Shown here piece after piece: positions 25,752 to 39,800 of a stretch of DNA of 64,000 nt (position 1 is its first letter; the number at the start of each line of letters is the position of its first letter). Position numbers and translations under genes: made by a program. Source of the DNA: Neocallimastix sp. 'constans' (lineage: Eukaryota); assembly GCA_050613775.1 (NCBI GenBank), contig JBODTK010000156.1:186001-250000 (forward strand), given 5' to 3'. The notes below the pieces were generated by a model. It did no database searches. It saw only the letters and a list, made by a program, of their open reading frames with translations, and was not told the DNA's origin.

Positions 25752-26402
25752 TAAAAAAAAATAGTAATAAAATAAATAACACGATAAGTAATAAGTAGTA
25801 GTAAAAGTAAAATAATATATGATATCACAATTATAAAATGTTGTAAAATGTTGTAAAAGTAATAATAAAAATAGTAATAAAATAAATAACACTATAAGTA
25901 ATAAGTAGTAGCAAAAGTAAAATAATAAATGATATCACAATTATAAAATGTTGTAAAATGTTGTAAAAGTAATAAAAATAGTAATAAAATAAATAACACT
26001 ATAAGTAATAAGTAGTAAGTAGTAGCAAAAGTAAAATAATAAATGATATCACAATTATAAAATGTTGTAAAATGTTGTAAAAGTAATAAAAATAGTAATA
26101 AAATAAATAACACTATAAGTAATAAGTAGTAAGTAGTAGCAAAAGTAAAATAATAAATGATATCACAATTATAAAATGTTGTAAAATGTTGTAAAAGTAA
26201 TAAAAATAGTAATAAAATAAATAACACTATAAGTAATAAGTAGTAAGTAGTAGCAAAAGTAAAATAATAAATGATATCACAATTATAAAATGTTGTAAAA
26301 TGTTGTAAAAGTAATAAAAATAGTAATAAAATAAATAACACTATAAGTAATAAGTAGTAGCAATGGTAAAATAATAAATGATACCACAATTATAAAATGT
26401 TT
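25752..26402. repeat. 114-bp minisatellite, about 5.7 copies
   Basis: gatatcacaattataaaatgtt at 25821, 25931, 26045, 26159 and 26273, with a variant at 26380. Confidence 0.92.
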
Positions 26403-26869
26403 TAAAATATTATAATAAAAAAAAAAGATAAGTACTAATAGAATAGAAATAATAATATTAATTCAATAAGTAATATAGTAAATAAGTATCAGAATTTATC
26501 TTAATTATACAAGCAATTGTTCAAATAGTGATTCAAACGAATCATGCAAGTAGCATTAGAAATAATACTCAAATAGTAATATAAAAAATTTATAATTTAA
26601 AAGTAATACTAGAAGTAATTCAAGAAATAATAATATTAAATAAATCTAGAAGTAATTCAAAAAATCAAGAGATATTTGAAGTAATTCAAATGTTAACATT
26701 AGGTATATAAAATACATGAAATAATTCCAGAAATGATTTTAGAAATAATATTAAAAGTAATCCATTTTTAATAAACCCGTTAATAATCATAGAAAAAAAA
26801 ATCATAAATTAAGAAGTAATCTTATACATAATATAAAAATAGCAATAATCCCTGAAGTATAAGAAATAT

Positions 26870-28450
26870 TCCAAAGAAAGAGAAAATAAAAAGAAAATAT
26901 CATAAGAGAAACATTATGAGGAAGAAATAAAAAGGAATAATACAAAGAAATAATAATAAGAAAGAACATAAAAGAACAAGAAATATTATGAAGAAAGGAG
27001 AAAGAAAGAAAAAATATTATAAGAGGAAATATTATATATAAAGAAGAAATATTAAGAAGGAAGAAAAAGAAAGAAGAAGAGGAAATAAAGAATAGTATTC
27101 ATAAAAATAAATATTACATGTAGAAGAAATAAGAAGAAATATTAAGAAGAAATATCAAGAAGAAATATCAAGAAAGAAAAAAGAAGAAAAAGAGGTAATA
27201 TATTGTATTAAAGAGAAATAAAGAGGGATCATCTGAAGAAATATTAATAAGAAAGAAGAAAGAGAGGAAATAAAAAACAAATATCATAAGAAGAAATATT
27301 GTATGAAGAAGAAATAAATAAATATTAAGAAGAAGAACTCAGAAGAGCATAGAAGAACAAGAAGTATTACGAGGAAAGAGGAAGGAAAGAAAAAATATCA
27401 TAAGAGGAAATATTGTATGAAGAAGAAATGAAGAGGAATCATAGGAAGATACTAAGAAGGAAGAAGAAATAAATAAAAAAAAAAGTATCTTAAGAAGAAA
27501 TAATAAGAAGAAATAATAAGAAGAAAGAAGAACCCAAAAGAACAAGGAAAATTATGAGGAAAAAGGAAGTAAAGAAAAAATATCGTAAGAGGAGATATAT
27601 TATAAGGAAGAAATAAAAAGATATAATAAGAAAGAAAAAAAGAAGAAAGAACAGGAAATAAGGGATAAATACCAAAGGAGGAAACATTATATAGAGAAGA
27701 AATAAGAGGAATCATAAGAAGAAATATTAAGAAGAAAGAAGAAATATAAGAATAAAAAAGAAAATATTAAGAAGAAAGAAGAAATATAAGAATAAAAAAG
27801 AAAAAAAAGTATCTTAAGAAGAAATGTTATAAGATAAAAGAGGAAATAAAGAAGAAATAAAAAATAAATAGAATAAAGAAGTGTCAAAAAAAAGTATCGA
27901 GTATATCATCGTAAGAAATATTAAGAAAGAAGAAAAAAGAAATATAAGAATAAAAAAGATATTAAAGAAGTATATAGTAAATACTAATTAGAAGAAAAAG
28001 GAAATAAAGAACAAATATCATGAAGAAATATTGGGAAGAAAGAAGAAATATAAGAATAAAAAAGAAAAAAATATCATAAAAAGAAATAATATAAAAAAGA
28101 AAATATATTATAAAGAAAGAAAAAATAAATAAAGAATCAAAGAAGAAATATTAAAAAGAAGAGAAAGGAAATAAAGAAAAAAGTGTTATAAAGAAGAAAT
28201 ATCATAAGAAGAAAATTCAATGATCTTTTAGAATTATTATACTAAATAAGAAGAAAAAGGAAATAAAGAATAAATATCATGAAGAAATATTAGGAAGAAA
28301 GAAGAAATATAAGAATAAAAAAGAAAAAAAAATATCATAAAAAGAAATAATATAAAAAGAAGATATATTATAATGAAAGAAGAAATAAATAAAGAATCAA
28401 AGAAAAAAGTGTTATAAAGAAGAAATATCATAAGAAGAAATTTCAATTCA
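26870..28450 (+). repeat. Purine-rich degenerate repeat region (aagaagaaatattaagaag-like)
   Basis: Strong A/G strand bias with recurring gaagaaatat motifs. No open frame. Resumes at ~29350-29690. Confidence 0.75.
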
Positions 28451-28464
28451 TTTAGAATTATCTT

Positions 28465-29245
28465 TTTTTTTGTATTTATTGACATCGAAAAAACTTATGA
28501 TTCAGTTTCAATTTGTAATATACTCACAAAACTTAAAAACGTTGACATTGGTTATCGTGGTATATATGTAATAGTTCATTAGCAATCTTTACTTTTATTT
28601 TAGTATTTTAAAATATTTCAAGATTATTTAAAGATTTAGTATTTTAGGCCTAAACGTAAAATAATCATCGGATAGGAAGTCTTTATAAGATTAGAACCTT
28701 TAAAATTAAAACTGTTATTTTTGCATTTTCTGTAATGTATTAACATGAAAGATTGTTTTGAAAGTATTTTTAAAAACAGTATGGTGTTCATTGAATATGG
28801 CCATGAACTCTTTGATAAATAAAAGAGATGTGTGGTTGTACATTAATGGAAAAGGTAATATGATGACTTATTTGATGAGATTAACCTTTGAAAAAACTTT
28901 ATGCGTCCAAGAGAAGAATAATAGTAATTACTATTAATCTTCTCTTATTCTTTATATTTTTAATCATTAGGATTATACGTTAAGTTTCGTATCATAAATA
29001 CCTTTATCCTTAGTTCATATTTTTTTTATGCAGCATTAATTAAAAAATGATCAAACACTAAGATATTTCTGAATGAGGTAAAGTGACAAAATAAAATGGA
29101 TTTAAGAATAAATTCTACCGATAAATATGGAAGTTTACTGGGAAAATGTTTATAATACGGGAAAACCATTGATCAAATAACTTAAAATACAAGAAGTTCA
29201 ATTAAAGTTACAAATATTTATTCAACATCTATTCACAATATGCTA

Positions 29246-29247
<2 letters not shown>
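28465..29247 (+). mobile_element. Decayed non-LTR retrotransposon (LINE) reverse transcriptase fragment
   Basis: FVFIDIEKTYDSVSICNILTKLKNVDIG at ~28469-28552 matches the LINE RT motif FxDxxKAyDsv. Downstream sequence is degenerate and the right boundary is uncertain. Confidence 0.65.

Positions 29248-29340
<93 letters not shown>
29248..29340. repeat. Poly(T) tract, 93 nt
   Basis: Direct reading. Confidence 0.95.
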
Positions 29341-29341
<1 letters not shown>

Positions 29342-29699
29342 GAATAGGTTAATTAAAAATAAAAATAATATGAAATAATAATATAAAATGGAAATAAATA
29401 ATATGTAAAAGAAATTTTTATAAAAATAAGAAATAATAATAAATATTATAAGAAAAAAGAAGAAATAAGAAATAAGAAATAAAATTTATAAGAAAAAATA
29501 TTAATAGAAGAAGAATAAGATAATATTAGTAGGAGAAATATTACAAGAAGAATAATATATAATAAAGTGAAATTATATAAGAAATACTATAAGAAGATAT
29601 TAGAAGAAGAAATAACATAAGAAAAACATAAAGAGAAGATATTTTAAAATGTTACAGGAAGTAATATAATAAGGAGATATTATGAGATCTAAAAAATAG

Positions 29700-32600
29700 G
29701 TTTATTTTATTTTTTTAGGGATATCAATTCAAAATTTAATCGAATAGCAAGATCGGTTAGATATTGAATAAGAGAAAACATTTTATTTATGAATATCAAT
29801 TCAAATATTAATCAAATAACAAGATAGGTTAAATTTCGAAAATACAGGAAATCTAAATTTGAATATGAAAGAAAGTTTTAGAAATTTGTTGCCCTTCTTA
29901 ATTATTCAATTAATGATATATGTGATACGCTATATTTTGAGTAAGAAATCCAAAAATGAATAGAAAAATGAAATGAGGTTTAAAAAATATTTATTTATTT
30001 TATTTATTTATGGGATATTAATTCAAATTTTAATCGAATAGCAAGATCGGTTTGATTTTGAATAAGAAAATATATATATGTTTTAATAGAAATCAATTCA
30101 AATTTTAATCGAATAGCAAGATCGGTTAGATTTTGAATAAGGAAATATTTTATTTTTTTATTGTATCTATTCAAAATTTAATTGAATAGCAAGATTGGTT
30201 AAATTTTGAATAAGAGAAAACATTTTATTTATGAATATCAATTCAAATATTAATCAAATAACAAGATAGGTTAAATTTCGAAAATACAGGAAATCTAAAT
30301 TTGAATATGAAAGAAAGTTTTAGAAATTTGTTGCCCTTCTTAATTATTCAATTAATGATAAATGTGATACGCTATATTTTGAGTAAGAAATCCAAAAATG
30401 AATAGAAAAATGAAATGAGGTTTAAAAAATATTTATTTATTTTATTTATTTATGGGATATCAATTCAAATTTTAATCGAATAGCAAGATCGGTTTGATTT
30501 TGAATAAGAAAATATATATATGTTTTAATAGAAATCAATTCAAATTTTAATCGAATAGCAAGATCGGTTAGATTTTGAATAAGGAAATATTTTATTTTTT
30601 TATTGTATCTATTCAAAATTTAATCGAATAGCAAGATTGGTTAAATTTTGAATAAGAGAAAACATTTTATTTATGAATATCAATTCAAATATTAATCAAA
30701 TAACAAGATAGGTTAAATTTTCGAAAATACAGGAAATCTAAATTTGAATATGAAAGAAAGTTTTAGAAATTTGTTGCCCTTCTTAATTATTCAATTAATG
30801 ATAAATGTGATACGCTATATTTTGAGTAAGAAATCCAAAATTGAATAGAAAAATGAAATGAGGTTTAAAAAATATGTATAATTTATTTTATTTATTTATG
30901 GGATATCAATTCAAATTTTAATCGAATAGCAAGATCGGTTTGATTTTGAATAAGAAAATATATATATGTTTTAATAGAAATAAATTCAAATTTTAATCGA
31001 ATAGCAAGATCGGTTAGATTTTGAATAAGAAAATATTTTATTTATGAATATCAATTCAAATATTAATCAAATAACAAGATAGGTTAAATTTCAAAAATAC
31101 AGGAAATCTAAATCTGAATATGAAAGAAAGTTTTAGAAATTTGTTGCCCTTCTTAATTATTCAATTAATGATAAATGTGATACGCTATATTTTGAGTAAG
31201 AAATCCAAAATTGAATAGAAAAATGAAATGAGGTTTAAAAAATATTTATTTATTTTATTTATTTATGGGATATCAATTCAAATTTTAATCGAATAGCAAG
31301 ATCGGTTTGATTTTGAATAAGAAAATATATATATGTTTTAATAGAAATCAATTCAAAATTTAATTGAGTAACAAGATTGGTTAGATTTTGAATAAGAAAA
31401 TATTTTATTTTTTTATTGTATCTATTCAAAATTTAATCGAATAAAGCAAGATCAGAGAAGTTTTGAAACGATAAAAATCAAATCTTCAATAATATTGTAT
31501 CTATTCAAAATTTAATCGAATAGCAAGATTGGTTAGATTTTAAATAAGAAAGTGCCTTAATTTTTTATTGGATTTCTATCCAAAATTTAATCGAATAAAG
31601 CAAGATCAGAGAAGTTTTGAAACGATAAAAATCAAATCTTCAATAAGAAAAAAAGTTTTAAAAATTTAATGTTCTTTTAGATTACTCAATTAATGATAAA
31701 AATGATACGCTATATTTTGAGAAAGAAAGTAAAAATTGAATAGAAATTTGAAGTGAGGTTTAAAAATGTGTTTATTTATTTAATTTATTTATGGGTATCA
31801 ATTCAAAATTTAATCGAAAAACAGTATTGAATTAATTTTGAATAAGAAAATATATATATATATTATTTGATATCAATTCATAATTTAAACGAATAGCAAG
31901 ATCGGTTGGATTTTGAATAAGAAAAAATATATATGTTTTAATAGAAATCAATTTAAATTTTAATCGAATAGCAAGATCGGTTAGATTTTGAATAAGAAAA
32001 TATTTTATTTTTTTATTGTATCTATTCAAAATTTAATCGAATAGCAAGATTGGTTAAATTTTGAATAAGAGAAAACATTTTATTTATGAATATCAATTCA
32101 AATATTAATCAAATATCAAGATAGGTTAAATTTCGAAAATACAGGAAATCTAAATCTCAATATGAAAGAAAGTTTTAGAAATTTGTTGCCCTTCTTAATT
32201 ATTCAATTAATGATAAATATGATACGCTATATTATAAGTAATAAATCCAAAATTGAATAGAAAAATGAAATGAGGTTTAAAAAATATGTTTATTTATTTT
32301 ATTTATTTATGGGATATCAATTCAAATTTTAATCGAATAGCAAGATCGGTTTGATTTTGAATAAGAAAATATATATATGTTTTAATAGAAATCAATTCAA
32401 AATTTAATTGAATAACAAGATTGGTTAGATTTTGAATAAGAAAATATTTTATTTTTTTATTGTATCTATTAAAAATTTAATCGAATAGCAAGATTGGTTA
32501 GATTTTGAATAAGAAAATGCTTTATTTTTTTATTGGATTTCTATTCAAAATTTAATCGAATAGCAAGATCGGTTAAATTTCGAAAATATAGAAAATCTAA

Positions 32601-33290
32601 ATTTGAATATGAAAGTTTTAAAAATTTAATGTTCTTTAAGATTACTCAATTAATGATAAAAGTGATACGCTATATTTTGAGAAAGAAAGCAAAAATTGAA
32701 TAGAAATTTGAAGTGAGGTTTAAAAATGTGTTTATTTAATTTATTTATGGGTATCAATTCAAAATTTAATCGAAAAACAGTATTGATTTGATTTTGAATA
32801 AGAAAATATATATATATATATTTTTTATTTGATATCAATTCATAATTTAAACGAATAGTAAGATCGGTTAGATTTTGCATAAGAAAATATATATATATAT
32901 TTTATAGATATCCAAAATTGAATAAAAAAATGAAATGAGGTTTAAAATATATGTATAATTTATTTTATTTATTTATGGATATCAATTCAAATTTTAATCG
33001 AATAGCAAGATCGGTTGGATTTTGAATAAGAAAAAATATATATGTTTTAATAGAAATCAATTCAAATTTTAATCGAATAGCAAGATCGGTTAGATTTTGA
33101 ATAAGAAAATATTTTATTTTTTTATTGTATCTTTTCAAAATTTAATCGAATAGCAAGATTGGTTAGATTTTGAATAAGAAAATGCTTTATTTTTTTTATT
33201 GGATTTCTATCCAAAATTTAATCGAATAAAGCAAGATCAGAGAAGTTTTGAAAAGATAAAAATCAAATCTTCAATAGGAAAAAAAGTTTT
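29700..33290. repeat. Higher-order satellite of ~74-bp hairpin monomers (HOR ~442 bp)
   Basis: The core ttcaaaatttaatcga-atagcaaga-tcggttagattttgaa recurs about 30 times. The marker gcccttct occurs at 29891, 30333, 30776, 31146 and 32188. Confidence 0.92.
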
Positions 33291-34045
33291 AAAGATAATT
33301 ATTACAATTATTGGTTTAATTAATCCAAAAATAATGTGGAAAAAGCAATAAATTAAAAAGAAAAAGTAAATAAAATTAATAATAAAAATTACTAGTATCA
33401 AAAATGTTTTTAATATTGGAAAAATTTAACATGTAAAGAAAAAAATTACTTGATGATTTAACAACATATTGAAATTTTTTTTTTTTTTAGTTATATTAGT
33501 ATAAACAATAAGTAAATTTATATTAATACAAATATTTAATTTCTAAATATATATATATATAAATTGAAATAAATTAATACAAATATTAATTATTCAAAAG
33601 AAAATTAATATTATAAGTGATTAATATTTATATTAATTTATAACAAATTAATATATATTTGTTGAATAAAAAAATTAAATAAAACTACTGAAAATATTAG
33701 ATATATGTTTCTAAATCAAAAGAAATTTAAAATGATTATTAATACGGTAAAATAATAATATATATATTATAAACTCTTTTAAATGAAATATAAAAAGAAT
33801 ATAAATCCAAAAATGCATAATTATAGAAAAAATGTTATGAATTTAATATATTGAAATACATTACTATATGATATATACTATGTGCAGTATAATTTCTTTA
33901 TGCAATATTTTTTATTTTTTTTTCTTTATTATTATTATTATATTAAAATAAACAAAAAGCAACTAAATATTTCAATAATGATAACCAATATATGTGTAAA
34001 TAATTTAAAAGACAATATTAAAATAAAAATTTCAATCAACTATCA

Positions 34046-34082
<37 letters not shown>

Positions 34083-34286
34083 TTTTTATTTATCAATTTA
34101 ATACTATCAAAGATAATAATCAAATAATTCTTTAAAAAATTACAAAAAAATAATAAAGAAAATTGTAATACAACAATCATTATTATCCTCAATAAAATTA
34201 AATTATAAATAAATCCTTCAAAAAAAGGCAACAAAACTAAGTTTACACACTTTTAATAAAAATTATTGTATATAAAATTTTCTTAA

Positions 34287-34318
<32 letters not shown>

Positions 34319-34619
34319 AAAATATTTATAAAATTATTATATATCCAAAAAGTTTTAATTTGTATATGTTGTATTTTAATGTGTAAAATATGTTTAAAGT
34401 TAAATTTTTGTGTATAATATATTATTAACACTAAAACAGTCATTAGTAGGTCTTTTGGAGTTAATCTTTGATTAGTATAGTAAAAGAGAGTCAACGTTAT
34501 TGCAAAGAAAAAACTATATTAAAAAAAATCGTAAATTAAGGATATATTCCACTTTTAGACAACTTTTTCTGAATAAATATAATAATTTTTTTATCCCTAA
34601 ACTGGAATAAAAATATTAT

Positions 34620-35007
34620 TAATAATATTTTTCAATCACCTTCGAACGAGTCTTCTTTCCCGATTTCATATTTTGTGGGGCTTGCGAAATTCCTTACTAA
34701 CGTTATGCCTATTGTGATTGGTGATTTTTACACCATGATCGATTTGTATAGTGTTAGACCTACCGTTGTCAAGAGCGTCGACGTCGTAACGATAAGGCAA
34801 AGAAGAAATTCTGATACAGATTCGAATGATAATTTTCATCCACATGGAGTTATCTTCGATGAATGGGAAGAGTTAGAGGCCATTTCGTCCTCGAATTTCA
34901 TAACGTAGTTTTTTAATATTAATATAAAAAAAAAATTTTATGTATTTTATCTTCATGTATTTTTTTTTAAAAAAAAAATAATATTATTAAATAAAGTTTA
35001 TTCCTAG

Positions 35008-35054
<47 letters not shown>
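34620..35054 (+). mobile_element. 5'-truncated poly(A)-tailed retroposon (probable LINE 3' end), copy 1
   Basis: GC-rich coding relic FVGLAKFLTNV..., then a T-rich 3' UTR ending ...tagtct plus A44 (35011-35054). Paralogous to the adjacent copy. Confidence 0.65.
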
Positions 35055-35056
<2 letters not shown>

Positions 35057-35788
35057 TGGAATTCTTTAGATTTCATCGATGATCTCTATGTTTTATTCCT
35101 TAGGTAGATTAGAGCGTTTAATCCTCTTTCTTCCTATGACTCTATTTCTGTTTTTGAAGATTATATCAATCATTATATATACTTGTTCCTTCTTGGTGGG
35201 ACTTTAGTTTTAAATGGGCTACATTTCGATAGTGGGGAAGAGAGACAATTAAATGAATTACTTTTCAAAGGTTCATCTGAGTCACCTGTTCCAAAAATTG
35301 TGGGCTTAGCGGAATTCTTAACTAGCGCAGTATCTATCATGAGTAGTTCGTTTAAGCTATTATTTGATAGGTATTCCAAATTACCAAACTTTAACCAAGA
35401 GCGTCGACGTCGTACTGATAAGGCATAATGATAATACAGGAATCATCATCTATTTCTTCAAAGGGTGAATCTTGCTCTAGTAGTTCAATAAATGATGAAT
35501 CCGGGGAGAGTTTAGTGGACACCACACTATCTATTTTAAAGATGTTACTTCTAGGTTTTATTACTTTTTTTTATTTGTTAGGAAGGGAAAAATTTCTGCA
35601 TAGTACAACTTGCCGAAATACATAGTATTTTTGAGCTTTTTTATTTTTTTATTTTTTAACTTTTATTTTTATTTTTTAATTTCAAATGTACTTTTCACCT
35701 ACATGTATTTTTTTTTTTTTTATAATAAAATTAATATAGTTATGGAAGTGTATTCTCTTCCCTGTCTAAAAAAAAAAAAAAAAAAAAA
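35055..35788 (+). mobile_element. 5'-truncated poly(A)-tailed retroposon (probable LINE 3' end), copy 2
   Basis: WNSLDFIDDLY...YLFLLGG...IVGLAEFLTSA...QERRRRTDKA*, then a similar 3' UTR ending ...ctgtct plus A21 (35768-35788). Starts directly after the poly(A) of copy 1. Confidence 0.7.
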
Positions 35789-36019
35789 CTTGGTTCCAAA
35801 AAAATTAATACTAGGAGTATTCAATCTTTAATTAATACTGGTATGCTATGGTTCTTAGATCATTTAGTAAAATCAATAATGAAATCAATAAATCAAAGAA
35901 TGTCTTATCATGTAAAGGGTACATTAAAAAGAATTTTTACTATCAGTACTTATCCCATTTTTCTAGAACTTCATATTTTCACTATTACTTGGCATCTGTG
36001 AGTCAATGATCACTACAAA

Positions 36020-36204
36020 TATTAATGATAATAATAAATAATAATAATTAATACTATTATTATTACTAATAATAATAATAATTAATGATAATAATAAATA
36101 ATAATAATTAATACTATTATTATTACTAATAATAATAATAATTAATGATAATAATAAATAATAATAATTAATACTATTATTATTACTAATAATAATAATT
36201 AATG
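36020..36204. repeat. 60-bp tandem repeat, 3 copies
   Basis: attaatgataataataaataataataattaatactattattattactaataataataata repeated in register. Confidence 0.9.
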
Positions 36205-36765
<561 letters not shown>

Positions 36766-36780
36766 GATTAAGAGTCTCAT
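36766..36780 (+). promoter_or_regulatory. Primer-binding site complementary to the tRNA-Lys(CUU) anticodon arm
   Basis: gattaagagtctcat, identical to the PBS of element A although the LTRs are unrelated. Confidence 0.85.
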
Positions 36781-36807
36781 TTTAAAGCTTTTAAACTAAC
36801 TATCGAC

Positions 36808-39800
36808 ATGTCTCAAGAAAACATCAAACCTTTCAATGGAAAAAACTTCCAAGTTTGGGAATTCAGAGTAACAACAGCTGTAGAAAAATTGGCTCTTGAA
36901 AAATATTTAGAAAGCGACGTGTACAAAGACACCAAGGATAAAGCCAAAGGCGATAAAGAAAAATTAAACGAAGTAAAGAAGAACAATGCTACCGTTAGGG
37001 AAATTTTAATCAATGCTATTGATGATGAAATCTTGCATGATTTCATAAACATTAAATCTCCTTTCCAAATCATGCAAAAGTTAAGAAAGAAATATGGAGG
37101 AGGCGAAACAGACATCAGATATTGGATTAGAAAGCTCAATAATCTGAAGGCCAAAAATACTGAAGAAATTACTTATGTACTTGATGAAATGTTTAGTATA
37201 TTTGAAACTTTAGAAGGAAAGAAACAAGTTATATCTGATAGAGAAAAATTAAAATTTATGTACGATTCAATGCCCAAAAACTTTAGAAATTACTTGGACA
37301 TTGATGAAGATACGAAACCACAGGAACTGTACAATAAGATAAACAAAAAATTAAATATGATAGCTTATCTTGAGGGAGGAGAAGATTACAATTATTACTA
37401 TCAAGACGATCCAATGGAAATAGATATAGTTGAAAAGTCAAGAAAAAATAGCAAATATAACAATGAATTAAAAGAAAGATTACATAAAAATTATATTAAA
37501 AACTGTGAAGAAAAAAGATATTGCCATATTTGCGAAATTTTTGGTCATACTACCAGAGAATGTAGATATAATTTAAAATACACAAAACAAAATTCAAAAA
37601 ATAGAGAACATAAAAAGAACTACCATAATAAAAATCATCATCAAAGAAATAATAATTTCAATAAAAATAGGTTGGTGGCACAAATTGAAAAATCGGATGA
37701 AGAAGAAAACTATGTTGACACTCTTGATTATGAAGAAATATGTCAACTTGCTAAAGGAAATATTAACTTAGTAGAAGAAATGAAACATTCTGAAGAACAC
37801 GACAATACAGAAAAAGGTTTATTTAATATTTATAATAAAGAAGAAACAACAGAGTGGTTATATGATTGTGGAGCATGTGAACATATCACTAATAATAAAA
37901 ACTTATTGACTAATTATACAAAAAGTCCCAACGAACTTTTATGCGCAAATGGTTCGAAGTTTAGCTACGATGGTTTTGGAGAATATGAATTTCAAATAAA
38001 TGATACGAAAATTAAATTAAAACGTGTGTTATATTCTCCAGATGTAACAAGAAATATAATCAGTGCAATTGAATTAGCCAAAATAGGTATAAAAACTATT
38101 ACAGAACCTCTCAATAAGAATTCAAATATTGTAAAGTTAACATTAATGGACTCAAATAACAAAATAATTCATAATATTTTTTCTACTAAATCAAATCAAT
38201 TCTTACTTCATGTAAACAATGTAAAAATGTTAGATAAAAATGAAATAATGTCCATAAATGATAGCAAAATGACTTGGCATAGACGTCTTGGCCATTTTTA
38301 TAATAAAGAAATGGAAAATTATTTAAAAGATCATGACGTCAGTGAACCCGACTGTTTGGACTGCAAGATAGCCAAAATGAAGAGGAGTCCTCATAATCGT
38401 GAAACTCCTAAGGCCTCCGAATTATTGGAAGTTATACACTCGGATATTATTGGCCCTATAAATAAATCGATTACGGAAAAAAGATTCATTTTAACTATTA
38501 TTGATGAATTCTCCAGAAAGAGCTGGATATTTTTGTTAAAAAGTAAAAATGAAACTATTGATATTATCATCAATATGTTCAAATTCTTAAATAACATTTT
38601 TAAGGAAAATAAAATTAAATATTTCAAATCAGATAATGGTAGAGAATACAATAACAGAAAAATTTTAGAATTTTGTAAAAATAATGGAATAAGAAAAATC
38701 TACTCTCCACCTTATAATCCTGAAAATAATGGACTGGCTGAAAGGTTTAATCAAACCATTATTTCATGCGCTAAAACCTTATTATTTTGGAGCAAATTAT
38801 CTGAAAATTTCTGGGATTTTGCCATTATCTACGCTAATTATATATATAACAAAGTACCACATAGTGGTATTGATAATAAAATTCCAGAAGAAATATTTTA
38901 CAATAAAAAGGTAAATTTAAAATACATAAAAGTATTTGGCTGCATTGCTTATTATAAGGATTACTCTCAAGATAAAGGGAAATTTGACTCCAATGCAAAT
39001 AAAGGAATATTTCTAGGTTTTGATGAACAGTCTTATAGTTATCTTATCATGGATTATGAAAATTTCAAAATGCACCGTGTTAGAGAAATTCAATGCATAG
39101 AAGACGAACCAGCTAATATTTCTCTTTCTGAAAATATAACAAATGATTTATCCAACAGCAACTTCTTTAATTTTAATTTCATCAACAATACTCAATTAAC
39201 AAACAGTAGTAATTTAATTAGTACAGTATATAATAATGACGAAAATTTTAATTATCAATTAAATGACGTTAATAATTTATTTCAAAAATTAAATTTAAAC
39301 GGAAATTCCGATGAAAATAAGATGGATATTGATCCTGAATTTTCTAATAAAAATAAATATAAGACAGACTACTACAGTCCTAACTCTATAAAGCGCTACC
39401 AAAAAACTTTTAATAACCATAATTTACATGGTAATTTAGATAACAATTTTTATAATAATTACTACGATAAAACCGATCATTATTATGCAAAAAATAATAA
39501 TTTCAAGTTTGATCAAAGTAAAAATTTTTTTATTAATAAAAATTTTTCAAAAAATGAGCAAAAAATAAATAATTATAATAATATATATCAAACCTTATTT
39601 AATAATAATTTAAATAAAAATAATCCAGAACAAAATCAAATCTTAATTAATAATAATAATTTAAACAAAAATAACTTTGAACAAAATCAAACCTTATTTA
39701 ATAATAAGTTGAATAAAAATAATTTTGAACAAAATCTAACCCTAAATAATAAGTTGAATAAAAATTATTCTGAACAAAATCAAACCTTATTTAATAATAA

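Noticed and set aside
25892..26389. 165-aa repeat ORF
   Set aside because: Read-through of the 114-bp minisatellite; the flanking copies are 110 and 107 bp and do not keep frame.
27339..28485. Phe/Leu/Ser-rich minus-strand ORFs
   Set aside because: Artefacts of the purine-rich repeat on the opposite strand.
29700..33290. CRISPR array
   Set aside because: The palindromic repeats are regular, but the linkers are low-complexity and recur with the higher-order unit. There are no cas genes and the context is eukaryotic.
37811..37830. Possible splice donor for a gag-only mRNA in element B (aaag/gtttat)
   Set aside because: Weak donor with no supporting acceptor or transcript evidence.
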